From positions 1 to 64,000 of the forward strand of contig RDOA01000002.1 in assembly GCA_011364925.1 (NCBI GenBank): DNA of 64,000 nt. The letters run 5' to 3'. Made by a program: the position numbers and the translations under genes. Source of the stretch: Promethearchaeota archaeon. GTDB lineage: Archaea > Asgardarchaeota > Lokiarchaeia > Sigyniarchaeales > SOKP01. Positions 7,936 to 18,249 of this stretch are shown here, one piece after another (position 1 is the stretch's first letter; every line of letters starts with the position of its first letter). The notes beneath the pieces were generated by a model. That model saw nothing but the letters and a program-made list of their open reading frames with translations. It had not been told where the DNA came from and made no database searches.

Positions 7936-9153
7936 TTAGTAAAACTTTCTTTCAGGAAAAGGATCCATAATATCTCGAATTTTATTTTTCACATTGTTAT
8001 AGTCTTTTAACGAACCAGTAAACTTAGTAGAAACTACATCTTTTAGATACAAATAAAGAAATGATTCCAGAGATTCCAAAATTTCAAGATTTCCTTCAGT
8101 AATGCAATATAAAAAGAATTTATTTTCGAGTTTTTTAAACGATAAATAACGATATTTCTGGAAACCTAATTTTATTGAAATCCACCTCGGATAACCCCTC
8201 ATGTTAGCAAGAATAGTTGCTAAAATCACTTCTATTTTTGCAGTTGCGACTGATTCGCTAAAATCAATAACTTGCTTAACGACTTCAGATATATTTTCTT
8301 CAGAATCAGGTTTAAAGAATTTTTGTTCCCCAAATTTTAGGATGTTCTCTCGATCTAAAAGAAGTGAAATAACACCTACAAATTCAGATGATAATCCAAT
8401 ATAATGTAATCTAAGCCAATTATCGATATAATCGAAATTAGGCTTTTCAAATTTAACTTTTAATTCAACTTCTTCTTTTATATTATTTAAAAATAGATTC
8501 ATTTTGAAAGAAATCTCTCGTTTGTCAATATCGTCTAACTTCCTAATGTCAATTTTATTTTTCTGCAACATATCATTGAAAAACATTGATACTTGATTGA
8601 ATATCCAATTACTATCTTTGTCTGAAAAATTACCTATGAGAATGTGTATGATCTTCTTTTTCTCATAAAATCGCGCAAGCAAATTTTCCTCTTCATCCTC
8701 AGTGACGTCCCCAAGTATTATAAGCATTTTATCAAGCGTTCCAGACAAGGTGCTAGTAGAGATAATGTCTAAATCGTTAGTTAACTCTAAAAAATACTTC
8801 CATTTTTTGTCACTATAATATAACGGAATTCTGTCTTTCGAAACAATTCCGTAAAAATATAATGCTTTTTTGCCTTTTTCCTTATTTTTTTTCTCCGTTC
8901 CTTTTGCTTTTTTACTCGGAATTGGTTGTAATTCCGTGGACTTCACACTATTATTAACATTCTCATTCCCATATCTAAAACGGAAAAGTTCCAGCGAAAA
9001 AAGTTTGCAATTACTACATGTACAATCCTCATTATAAGGCAGAACATGTAACTTTCCACAGTGTTCACACTTTACGCGATTAGAACTTCTCTCTTTGTTT
9101 TCCATTTCTTTATAACTTACTACATTCGATATTAATAAAGTCATATTCTTCAA
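7936..9153 (-). CDS. hypothetical protein with N-terminal Zn ribbon and probable longin/roadblock-like domains
   Basis: CEHC...CSNC zinc ribbon, followed by a YFYGIVSKDRIPLYY...LSGTL pattern typical of longin-type folds. The start is uncertain. Confidence 0.55.
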   Translation of the reverse strand: MKNMTLLISNVVSYKEMENKERSSNRVKCEHCGKLHVLPYNEDCTCSNCKLFSLELFRFRYGNENVNNSVKSTELQPIPSKKAKGTEKKNKEKGKKALYFYGIVSKDRIPLYYSDKKWKYFLELTNDLDIISTSTLSGTLDKMLIILGDVTEDEEENLLARFYEKKKIIHILIGNFSDKDSNWIFNQVSMFFNDMLQKNKIDIRKLDDIDKREISFKMNLFLNNIKEEVELKVKFEKPNFDYIDNWLRLHYIGLSSEFVGVISLLLDRENILKFGEQKFFKPDSEENISEVVKQVIDFSESVATAKIEVILATILANMRGYPRWISIKLGFQKYRYLSFKKLENKFFLYCITEGNLEILESLESFLYLYLKDVVSTKFTGSLKDYNNVKNKIRDIMDPFPERKFY

Positions 9154-9258
9154 GTATTTAAACTTGATTTGTTCAAATACCTATTAATCCTCAAATGATA
9201 AATGTATAAAAAGAAATTGATTTTATCGCGCTAAATTGATAAAAAATAAAAAAAAGTG

Positions 9259-9693
9259 CTACATAAAAACTATTGTGCCTTCTCCTGAAGTTACAACTTC
9301 ATCATTTTGGTTTTTTACAATTGTTTCTGCTATGATAAATTTCAGTTTTCCATCTTTTTTTGTAAATTTCTCTTTTACCGTGGCAATAGCAGTTAGCGTA
9401 TCACCAAAAAACACGGGTTTTATGAATTTAACAGTTTGACCACCATATAATATACCCGGACCAAATAGTTTAGTACCTAATACTGCAGAAATTAATCCTG
9501 AGCTTAAAGCCCCGTGAGCAACTTGTCTTCCAAACATTTGGGTCTTTGCATACTCGGGATTTACATGAATTGGATTGTAATCTCCAGTAACTTCAGCGAA
9601 CTTCATTACATCTTCTTCGGTTATTGTTTTAGTGAATTCAGCAGAATCACCAACCTTATAATCTTCATATTTAACTGGCTTTAATTCTGACAT
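9259..9693 (-). CDS. MaoC-family (R)-specific enoyl-CoA hydratase
   Basis: Hydratase motif FAEVTGDYNPIH...VAHG, plus LFGPG and FIKPVFFGDT. Confidence 0.92.
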   Translation of the reverse strand: MSELKPVKYEDYKVGDSAEFTKTITEEDVMKFAEVTGDYNPIHVNPEYAKTQMFGRQVAHGALSSGLISAVLGTKLFGPGILYGGQTVKFIKPVFFGDTLTAIATVKEKFTKKDGKLKFIIAETIVKNQNDEVVTSGEGTIVFM

Positions 9694-9856
9694 AAGTAAT
9701 TATATGATGATATGGATAAAAATTTTCACCACGAAAAATCAAGAATCTCTCGAATAAAAAGAAAAAATAAGAAATAAAACAATTCAAAAATTTATTAAAT
9801 TAATTTTAGAATTTATAAAAATTTAAAGTTAAAATTAAAAGAAGGTTGTAAAGAGA

Positions 9857-11116
9857 ATGGGAAAGTTATCGAAACGAGTTGCTATCGTAGGGGCTGGAAT
9901 GTCACAATTTGGTCAATTGTTTCCATTAAAGCGAAATCCTGACCTCTGGGTAGATGCTTGGGTTAATGCTGTTAAATCGGTTGATAATGGGATTGCACCA
10001 AAAGATGTAGACGCTTGTTATGTTGGAAATTATTCCTCTGATTTATTCAATCATCAAGGACATTTAGGTCCACAAATGGCAAATTTAGTTGGATTAACTC
10101 CTAAACCCGCATCACGATTTGAAGGTGCTTGTGCAAGTTCTGGTATTGCTTTAAGACAAGCAATTATTGCAGTCGCTTCTGGTATTCACGATGTGATTGC
10201 TGTTGCAGGAGTCGAATGTATGAATCAGCTTCCGACAAGTCTGGTTACAGACGCACTAGCTACGGCAAGTGATGCTCTTTTTGAGTATCCTGCAGGTGCA
10301 ACATTCCCTGGATTATATGCAACAGTTGCATCAGCACATTTTCATAAATATGGAACCACCTCAGAAGATCTTATGAGAATTGGAATAAAAAATCATGAAA
10401 ATGGTGCTGAGAATCCATTTGCTCAAATGCAAAGGACTATAAAACAACTTATGCAAAGTAAACTGAAAAAATTAGAAGAACAAGGAAAAGATCTCCCAAA
10501 TTGGAATGATGAGTTTGATTATTTAAGAAGTTCATCAAATCCTATGATAGCATATCCTCTTAGACTTTTCGATTGTAGTCTTGTCACAGATGGAGCTGCA
10601 TGTGTATTCGTGGCCTCAGAAGAAACTGCACGCAATTTCACAGATACACCAATCTGGATTGCAGGAACAGGCCAAGGTAGTGCCGCATTATCGATTCATG
10701 ATAGAGATGATTTAACGGGTTTTATTGCTACAAGAGAAGCTGCTCGACAAGCATATGAAATGTCTGGCTATGGACCAAAAGATATGCAAATTGCTGAGCT
10801 TCACGACTGTTTTACCATCGCAGAGTTAGTAGCTTTAGAAGATTTAGATTTTTACGAAAAAGGAAAAGCTGCTCAAGCAATTAAAGAAGGAGAGACAAAG
10901 AGAGACGGTGTAAGGCCTATAAACACATCTGGTGGATTGAAATCGAAGGGACATCCTGTTGGTGCTACTGGTGCAGCTCAAGCTGTTGAAATATTCAAAC
11001 AAATGAGAGGTAGAGCCGAAAGAAATAGACAAGTTAAATTTGATGTTGAAAGAGCTTTAACACACAATTTAGGAGGTAGTGGTGCTACTTGTGTAGTTAC
11101 CATTTACGAGAAATAG
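9857..11116 (+). CDS. acetyl-CoA C-acyltransferase (archaeal/SCP2-type thiolase)
   Basis: Catalytic Cys in EGACASSG, plus DCSLVTDGAA, ELHDCFT, GHPVGATG and HNLGG. Confidence 0.93.
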   Translation: MGKLSKRVAIVGAGMSQFGQLFPLKRNPDLWVDAWVNAVKSVDNGIAPKDVDACYVGNYSSDLFNHQGHLGPQMANLVGLTPKPASRFEGACASSGIALRQAIIAVASGIHDVIAVAGVECMNQLPTSLVTDALATASDALFEYPAGATFPGLYATVASAHFHKYGTTSEDLMRIGIKNHENGAENPFAQMQRTIKQLMQSKLKKLEEQGKDLPNWNDEFDYLRSSSNPMIAYPLRLFDCSLVTDGAACVFVASEETARNFTDTPIWIAGTGQGSAALSIHDRDDLTGFIATREAARQAYEMSGYGPKDMQIAELHDCFTIAELVALEDLDFYEKGKAAQAIKEGETKRDGVRPINTSGGLKSKGHPVGATGAAQAVEIFKQMRGRAERNRQVKFDVERALTHNLGGSGATCVVTIYEK

Positions 11117-11128
11117 GTGATAAAAAAA

Positions 11129-11548
11129 ATGGCAGAAGAAAAAGATTTTACGATCCAAAATTATCTTGAGTTTATTCAAAATAAAAAACTCATGGGTTCA
11201 AAATGCAAGGATTGTGGAAAATTATATGCTCCTGTTAGAAAGTTGTGCACTAAATGTAATTCTCTAAATATGGAATGGGTAGAATTATCAGGAAAAGGTG
11301 AACTTGCTGCTTTCACATCAATTACCGTTGGCACACCCTACTTTATTGATTTAGGTTATGATAGAAACAAACCATACTGTTTTTCGGTTATTAAACTAGA
11401 AGAAGGTCCAATGGTTTCAGCTCAATTAGTAGGTGTAGATGAGAGCAAACCTGATTTAATTAAAATTGGTACACCTGTTAAAGTTAAATTTTTAGAAAAT
11501 GAATTAAAAGGTGAAACCAATATAGATTTAGGTTTTGAACCTGCATAA
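11129..11548 (+). CDS. DUF35-family Zn-ribbon/OB-fold thiolase partner
   Basis: CKDC...CTKC plus the OB-fold segment IKLEEGP. It is adjacent to the thiolase, with SD AGGTGA before the ATG at 11129. Confidence 0.9.
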   Translation: MAEEKDFTIQNYLEFIQNKKLMGSKCKDCGKLYAPVRKLCTKCNSLNMEWVELSGKGELAAFTSITVGTPYFIDLGYDRNKPYCFSVIKLEEGPMVSAQLVGVDESKPDLIKIGTPVKVKFLENELKGETNIDLGFEPA

Positions 11549-11674
11549 ATAAATTTTTAATTTTTATTTTCTCTTTTATTATATAATTGGGCATAATTTG
11601 AAATCTTTTTGATTCTCTGTTTACTTCAATTTATATTCAAAATAAAGAAAAAAAGGTAAGGCAATTTCAAGCCT

Positions 11675-14146
11675 TTAATTAAACCCGAGTTTATCAAGTA
11701 ACTTATATAATAGTACTTTTAAGAAATCGGTTAAGAAAAAGAACCCCAAAGCGTAAGCCCAGATAAACAAAGCTAATCCCCATCCCATTGCGGGTAGTAT
11801 GATTCCATATACGACCATCAATGTAGCGATTAATTGCGTAGTTACTATTGCAATAAAGAGTATTCTTTTTGGCTTGATCGACCAAAAGTGACCTTTTGTA
11901 CGGGCTACAAATATCGTTAAATGTCCTGCTACTGATAATTTTAAATAAATGAAAGATTGGAGCAAAATTGGACTTAAATGAAACACTTGTAAACCGATAT
12001 AAAGGATAAAGAAAGATGACCCTACTCCAATCACTCCTAGATATGTAGCCATGATTAATAAGCTCTTCATATTCCATGTTTGTGGTTTGTTCTGGAATCT
12101 TACATTATCATACGAGATAGTCATAATAGGAATATCGTTTAGAATTGCAAGCAACACAATCATGAGAGCAGTTACTGGATAAAATTTGAAAACGATAATT
12201 GAAAGAGCTATAAAAAATAGAATTCTAATGGTCTCAGCAATCCTATATATTGAATAATTAGTCATTCTCTGGAAAATTTTTCGGCTTTCTTTTACAGCAT
12301 CAATTGTTACTGAAATTCCTGGTTTTGTAAGCACAATATCTGCAGCAGATTTAGCAGCATCTGTAGCACCCGCTACTGCAATACCTGCGTCAGCCTTTTT
12401 CAAGGCTGGAGCGTCATTGACTCCATCACCTGTCATTCCGACAACATGACCATTTTTTTGAAGAAGTTCTACAAGATGGTATTTATGTTCTGGGAAAAAT
12501 TGTGCAAAACCATCTGCATCTTCTACGGTATGCTTTAAATCACTATTAACTTTTGACAAATATTCCTTTGCAGGAATTATATTTGTGCCCAAATTAACTT
12601 GTTTAGCCGTTTCTTTTGCAATAGCAATATGATCTCCCGTAATCATCTTAACTTTTATACCCATAGATTGAGCTGTCTTAATAGTTTCAGCAGAATCTTC
12701 TCGAGGTGGATCGAATAAAGCTATTAAACCTACAAAAATCCATTCGTCATGCCCATTAGTTTTTGCCACCCCAAGAGCTCGATAACCTTTTGACGCAAAA
12801 CCATCAACATAATGATTTACCATTTCCGTATCATTTGTATCAGGAAGTAAAGACAAAATGACCTGAGGAGCGCCTTTTGACACTTTATAACATTGACTGG
12901 TTGGATCTTCATTATTTTGGTTTGTATTACATATGTTTTTTATTTCAGCTTCTGTTCGCTTAATGATTGGATCGAATGGTTTAAATGTAAGAACATCACA
13001 CTTTTTGAGATCGTCTTCAGCTGAAGAAAAGGTTCTTAATTCGTCGATTATGGCACAATCAATCGGGTCTTGATTTTCCTCTTTGGATGCTAAAGTCGCA
13101 TATTGCAATACATCCTTTTCGCTAAAATCATGAAATGGAATGACCTTGCCAATCGTAAGCTCGTTCTTTGTGATAGTTCCAGTTTTATCAGAACAAAGGA
13201 TATCCATGCTTGCCATCTCCTCGATAGCCACTAATTTACTTACAATTGCTTCTTTTTTTGCTAAAGCCATAGCACCAATTGCCATTGTTACTGAAAGGAC
13301 AGCGGGTAACGCTGCAGGAATCCCAGATACAGTAAGAATAAGAGCAAATTGTAATGTTTGCAAAATGTTTTCTTGTCTAATGGTTGCTATAATGAAAATT
13401 ATTAACACGATTATGATAGCTAAAGCTATTAAATAATTCCCAATTTTCATGATTGCCTTCTGAAAGTGACTTTTGGTTTTTGAAGATTCCATTAACTTTG
13501 TTGTTTTACCAAAGAATGTGTTTAAACCCGTTCCACTAACTACTCCAACCATTTCCCCTTGCTTCACAATTGCTCCCGCGTATTCTTCGTCTAGCATATG
13601 TTTTTCAACTGGTAAAGATTCACCAGTCAACATAGATTCATCCACCAATACGTAATCTCCCTCAATGAGTTTAATGTCTGCAGGAACAATATCTCCAAGC
13701 CGTATTCTAATTATATCACCTGGAACTAATTCTCTTGCTGATATTAGTCCCCATTTACCATCTCTTAATACTCGAGCATTTACCGCTAATCTTTGCTTTA
13801 ATAATTCTATTGCGTTATCCGCTTTGTGTTCCTCCCAAAATCGGATCACAGCATTTAACATTAACAAGGAAAAAATGATCCAGAAATCGTCCCACTGTTG
13901 ATCAATAACAGACATAATAACTGCTGCTTCAATCATCCATGGGATAGGACCCCAAAAATTTTTTAAAAAAGCGATAAAGGGGTTTTTCTTTTTCTCAGGA
14001 ATTTCATTTGGGCCACAACTTTTAAGCCTTTCAGCAGCATCGGAAGTTGTAAGCCCTTGTTTGTTCGTTGATAAACTAATTAAAATCTTATATGCATCTT
14101 CATCAGATATTTCTGATGATACTGTTTCCAAGCACGTATGAATCAC
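11675..14146 (-). CDS. plasma-membrane proton-efflux P-type ATPase (P3A)
   Basis: Motifs FWGPIPWMIE, TGES, CSDKTGT, KGAPQ, DPPR, TGDGVND, ILND and YLKLSVAGH. Confidence 0.93.
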   Translation of the reverse strand: MIHTCLETVSSEISDEDAYKILISLSTNKQGLTTSDAAERLKSCGPNEIPEKKKNPFIAFLKNFWGPIPWMIEAAVIMSVIDQQWDDFWIIFSLLMLNAVIRFWEEHKADNAIELLKQRLAVNARVLRDGKWGLISARELVPGDIIRIRLGDIVPADIKLIEGDYVLVDESMLTGESLPVEKHMLDEEYAGAIVKQGEMVGVVSGTGLNTFFGKTTKLMESSKTKSHFQKAIMKIGNYLIALAIIIVLIIFIIATIRQENILQTLQFALILTVSGIPAALPAVLSVTMAIGAMALAKKEAIVSKLVAIEEMASMDILCSDKTGTITKNELTIGKVIPFHDFSEKDVLQYATLASKEENQDPIDCAIIDELRTFSSAEDDLKKCDVLTFKPFDPIIKRTEAEIKNICNTNQNNEDPTSQCYKVSKGAPQVILSLLPDTNDTEMVNHYVDGFASKGYRALGVAKTNGHDEWIFVGLIALFDPPREDSAETIKTAQSMGIKVKMITGDHIAIAKETAKQVNLGTNIIPAKEYLSKVNSDLKHTVEDADGFAQFFPEHKYHLVELLQKNGHVVGMTGDGVNDAPALKKADAGIAVAGATDAAKSAADIVLTKPGISVTIDAVKESRKIFQRMTNYSIYRIAETIRILFFIALSIIVFKFYPVTALMIVLLAILNDIPIMTISYDNVRFQNKPQTWNMKSLLIMATYLGVIGVGSSFFILYIGLQVFHLSPILLQSFIYLKLSVAGHLTIFVARTKGHFWSIKPKRILFIAIVTTQLIATLMVVYGIILPAMGWGLALFIWAYALGFFFLTDFLKVLLYKLLDKLGFN

Positions 14147-14538
14147 TATTCATAAATTATATTAATCTTTGTAATTCCAATTAAAAAAAAATTCTTTTGT
14201 AGGAGAATATTCCATTATATTTTAACTTTTTGATGTCGAATATATAATTCCGACATAAAACTTTGCATATTTAAATGTTTCGATGGGATACATTTCCTAT
14301 TTGAAAATTTCCTCAAAGTAATTTTAACTATTTCATTGTTAGTATTACAAAAATCAATTGAAATAGAGTTTAGATTTTAACTTTATTTAATTTTTACAAT
14401 TTCAACTCAATGATTTTAATTTCCCAAAATATCTTATCGTACATTCTTTAATAAAATTAAAATAGATTAAGGTTTTGAACCTAAAAAATAAATTTTTAAT
14501 TTTTTATTTCTATTTTATTAAAATAGACTTTAGTCATT

Positions 14539-15717
14539 TTGCAAAGTATTCTGGTGATTTTAATAAAAAAATCATATAAAATAGTTATAATCACTTTTTT
14601 TGCTCTAATTTTTACAGTAGCTTTCACATTTCCAATTTTTTTCTTACCTAGAAACATTAAGTTTACTAATATTGATATTGAATTACGATTTAATAGTGAT
14701 GAGGCTTATACCTATGTGGCTGATCAAATAAACATTAATTTAACCAGTTATAGGATACCAGGGACTCAAGGGAGAGAAGAATGCGCCGAATATTTCATCT
14801 CTAAATTTCAGCAAATAGATTCAGGATTTAATTTTATGCTTCATAATTTTACCGTTTTATCTGTAGGATGTCAAAATGTTTTATTTAAAATGAACGAAAA
14901 TATTTCAAATATCCTGATCTTAGGGACACATTACGATTCAAGGGCTAAAGCAACAAAAGATTCCGCTAATCCTACACTACCAGTTCCTGGAGCAAATGAT
15001 GGAGCGAGTGGAAGTGCGGTCTTGATAGAACTTGCAAAAGCATTATATCAAAGGAAGCAGGACTTATCTGTTCAGATTTGGTTTTTGTTTTTTGATGCTG
15101 AAGACCAAGGAACTGACAATGCTCCCGGAATTTCAGGATGGGATTGGTGTGAAGGTTCCAATAAATTTGTTCAAGATATAGATCATTTCTATAATTCTTC
15201 TGAAGAAATTTTCGACGCTATGATTTTATTGGATATGGTGGGAGGAACTAATCTAAGATTTATAAGTGAGCAATACTCGACATCGTCTCTTTTAAACGAA
15301 TTATTTGAAACAGGACAACAGTTGGGTTTTACAAGTGCATTCCCTTCGAATCCAACAGTTGGTACAATTACCGACGACCATGTGCCTTTCATAAATTATG
15401 GAATTCCATCTGCTGATTTAATTATCAAATTTTGGAACGCTCCTAGTGAATGGCCTTATCATCATACGACTGAGGATGATTTAACACATATTTCAAACCA
15501 TAGTCTTGAGATAACAGGAAAAACTGTGGAACAATTCATCTATAATAACTATTACGATATTGATAACAACCCATTTCAGGGAAACTATCCTTGGAGCAAC
15601 GACCTTAATCTTCTTGACACTGATATACTCATAATTATCATACTATTAATTTCATCGGTAGGAATCATTGTTACTATATCTTACTTGTATTTACGACTAA
15701 AGAAAAAAAACTCTTAA
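14539..15717 (+). CDS. M28 family peptidase / glutaminyl cyclase-like, membrane anchored at both ends
   Basis: Motifs GTHYDSR, GANDGASG, FDAED, LDMVG, DDHVPF and HHTTED, with N- and C-terminal TM helices. Confidence 0.85.
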   Translation: MQSILVILIKKSYKIVIITFFALIFTVAFTFPIFFLPRNIKFTNIDIELRFNSDEAYTYVADQININLTSYRIPGTQGREECAEYFISKFQQIDSGFNFMLHNFTVLSVGCQNVLFKMNENISNILILGTHYDSRAKATKDSANPTLPVPGANDGASGSAVLIELAKALYQRKQDLSVQIWFLFFDAEDQGTDNAPGISGWDWCEGSNKFVQDIDHFYNSSEEIFDAMILLDMVGGTNLRFISEQYSTSSLLNELFETGQQLGFTSAFPSNPTVGTITDDHVPFINYGIPSADLIIKFWNAPSEWPYHHTTEDDLTHISNHSLEITGKTVEQFIYNNYYDIDNNPFQGNYPWSNDLNLLDTDILIIIILLISSVGIIVTISYLYLRLKKKNS

Positions 15718-15727
15718 TATTAGAAAA

Positions 15728-16363
15728 TTAATTGCTAATTTTTTGACCTAGAATGGCACGATGGTTCGTTGTATCTATGTAAATTTCCGATAAGTCAAAA
15801 GCGTTAAAAACTTTTTTAATTTCAGCTACTGTAAAAAAATGATGAGGTAAACCTTTTTCTGGTCCTTTTAAGGGGATAAAAGTCCTTTTTTCAACTTCTT
15901 CCATATTTTGTCTTGCCAAATAAAATCCCTTAAAGATCGGGAATGTTATAAAAATAAACCCTTCTGGTTTTAAAGTTCTTTTTATCTCTCTAACTGTGAA
16001 TAGAATATCCTTCATTAAATTATGGTGTAATACTTGGATTGAGATCACAGCGTCAAAAAAAGAATCTTTATAGGGAAATTCATGCTCAATTTGTTGACAG
16101 ATTAATTCTGATGATAAGTTCTCTTCAATCAACCATTTTTTGGTGATTTCTAAACCATTTGGAGATCCATCTAAGCCATAAACTTCGAATCCTTTTTTTA
16201 ATAAAAAGATGAGATGCCGTCCTGTTCCACAGCCCAAGTCTAAAATTCGATGCACGTCCTTTTCAATAAACAAATCAGCCAACCTTTCCATATCTGGATG
16301 GGGTTTGGTGAAATATTTTCCTTTTTGAGCAAAAATGTCGTCCCAATCAGGCATTGTACTCAT
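15728..16363 (-). CDS. class I SAM-dependent methyltransferase
   Basis: Motifs ILDLGCGTGRH, FDAVIS and LKPEG. Confidence 0.9.
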   Translation of the reverse strand: MSTMPDWDDIFAQKGKYFTKPHPDMERLADLFIEKDVHRILDLGCGTGRHLIFLLKKGFEVYGLDGSPNGLEITKKWLIEENLSSELICQQIEHEFPYKDSFFDAVISIQVLHHNLMKDILFTVREIKRTLKPEGFIFITFPIFKGFYLARQNMEEVEKRTFIPLKGPEKGLPHHFFTVAEIKKVFNAFDLSEIYIDTTNHRAILGQKISN

Positions 16364-16398
16364 TAAGAATAGTAATTAAGAAGTAAGAAATAACTTCC

Positions 16399-17358
16399 TT
16401 AATGTTCACATTCATAGAAATATCTTCCATATTTCTCTTTAAAGGCTTTTGCGACTTCGTTTGTTTTTGGACATATAAATTCATATCCGTCTTTGATCGT
16501 TTCATAAGTAACTGGTAACTTTCCTAATACCTCACCGTCAACTTGGCATAAATAAGGCTCATCTTCAGAATTGACCATTTCTATACGCACTTTTTTGCTC
16601 TGGTACTCATGAACATTGGGATGGGGTAATAAAGAAGCACTGTACATTCTTTTGAATTGAAGTAGGAGTTTAAATTTGCCAATATCAACAATACTAATAT
16701 CAAATAAACCGTCTTCTATACTAGCTTTCTGACAAATGTACATACCTCCTCCGTATGCACCTCCATTTCCTACTGCAGTCAAATTTGCGAATCCTTCAAA
16801 AGTTTCACTATCCATGATCACTTTAATTTCCCGACTCTTCCAACCAAACAATGCTTTAAGAACAAGAGCGTTGTAGTTTTTTTCTTGGTTCTCATTGGCT
16901 CTTCTGGCGACCTCTGCATCGAATCCCTGTGAACCTACACCTAAAAAATACCTTTCAATACCTTCATCAGTTTTGGCTAATCCTATATCCGATTTGCTAC
17001 TATAACCTTCAGCAATTATTTCACAAGCCCTCTTTATATCAGGAGTGATTCCAATTACTGCGGGAATATCATTTCCTGATCCCATAGGAATAAATCCACA
17101 CAAAGCGTTAGACTTTGAACTAATAACTCCGTGAAGAACTTCGTTGCAGGTTCCATCGCCCCCAGCTCCTATTACACGATAACCTTTCTTCGCTAAGTTT
17201 GAAGCGAGTTCTATTGCATGTCCTGCATACTGCGTCTCGAAAAATTTGTAAGAGAGTTTTAATTCATCTAAACACTTTTTAGCGAAAGCCATATCCTCTG
17301 TAGCTTTTTTTGAGCCTCCAGCAATGGGATTATGAATAATTGCATAATCTGCTTCCAT
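16399..17358 (-). CDS. diacylglycerol/lipid kinase family protein (YegS/DgkB-like)
   Basis: Motifs HNPIAG, GGDGT, PMGSGND, GFDA and QVDGE. Confidence 0.9.
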   Translation of the reverse strand: MEADYAIIHNPIAGGSKKATEDMAFAKKCLDELKLSYKFFETQYAGHAIELASNLAKKGYRVIGAGGDGTCNEVLHGVISSKSNALCGFIPMGSGNDIPAVIGITPDIKRACEIIAEGYSSKSDIGLAKTDEGIERYFLGVGSQGFDAEVARRANENQEKNYNALVLKALFGWKSREIKVIMDSETFEGFANLTAVGNGGAYGGGMYICQKASIEDGLFDISIVDIGKFKLLLQFKRMYSASLLPHPNVHEYQSKKVRIEMVNSEDEPYLCQVDGEVLGKLPVTYETIKDGYEFICPKTNEVAKAFKEKYGRYFYECEH

Positions 17359-17499
17359 AATTTACGCACGCAATTCTTATTATTTAAAATTCTTAATTTT
17401 AGTATATTATAATTTTAAATCTGTGACTATATAAAAATTATAGTTGAAATTTAGACACTTAAAAAACAAGGATTAGAGAGTGAATTCATGGTATTAGAC

Positions 17500-18015
17500 T
17501 TACTTCTCTTTCCAAACGCATCCACAGCCACTACAAGTATAAATCTTGCCATACACTCGAGGAAAATGACTTATAATATCGTTTTTATCGATTGATTCGT
17601 GGATTTTATACCAATTATCATCTTCACAAATAGGACATAATCGACGCCCCTCACGTTTTGGAATTGTCAATATTTCTCCTGTGTGAGTGAAAAGCCCAAC
17701 AGTCTTTATAGATTTTATCAGGTTCTTTTTTTGAACGAAACTCTTGACAACGGGATCGATCAGATCAGAATTTGTTTTAAAAACTGTGGAATCGTGTTGA
17801 ATTTCTGTGACTGTAGCTTGTGTTTCAAGCATTTTTAAATAGCTTGAGACAATAGGTTTAATTTCGCTTTTTTTTGGCAAGCGTTCATACTCATTAATAA
17901 AATTTTCAATAAAATCTTCTACATAGACTTTTTCTATTATTAAACCTCTTTGTTCGACTTCCCTCACAATATCGTCGATAATATAGTCCTTTAAAACGGG
18001 ATCTTCCATAACCAT
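17500..18015 (-). CDS. hypothetical protein with C-terminal Zn ribbon
   Basis: C-terminal EGRRLCPIC...PRVYGKIYTCSGCGCVW; this domain is paralogous to 62883..63071. Confidence 0.75.
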   Translation of the reverse strand: MVMEDPVLKDYIIDDIVREVEQRGLIIEKVYVEDFIENFINEYERLPKKSEIKPIVSSYLKMLETQATVTEIQHDSTVFKTNSDLIDPVVKSFVQKKNLIKSIKTVGLFTHTGEILTIPKREGRRLCPICEDDNWYKIHESIDKNDIISHFPRVYGKIYTCSGCGCVWKEK

Positions 18016-18249
18016 CTAAAAGCACCTCACCCAAAAAACAATCGTTCTGCGATGAATAAATTAATACTAGTAGATTAAGATGTTATTATATAAAATACTA
18101 TCTCATAAATAGCTAGATGTTCATTTGAACAAAATGCAATTTTCTATTGTGAAATTTTCAGACAATAATTTATTATATAACTAAAACTTATATTCCTATT
18201 TTTATTTATTTAGACAAGAGAAACAGTATTATTTATTAGGACTATACCT

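Noticed and set aside
12880-12950. Roughly 10-aa insertion in the H+-ATPase N domain as a stop-less intron
   Set aside because: No hairpin or BHB geometry is visible, and it falls in a variable loop.
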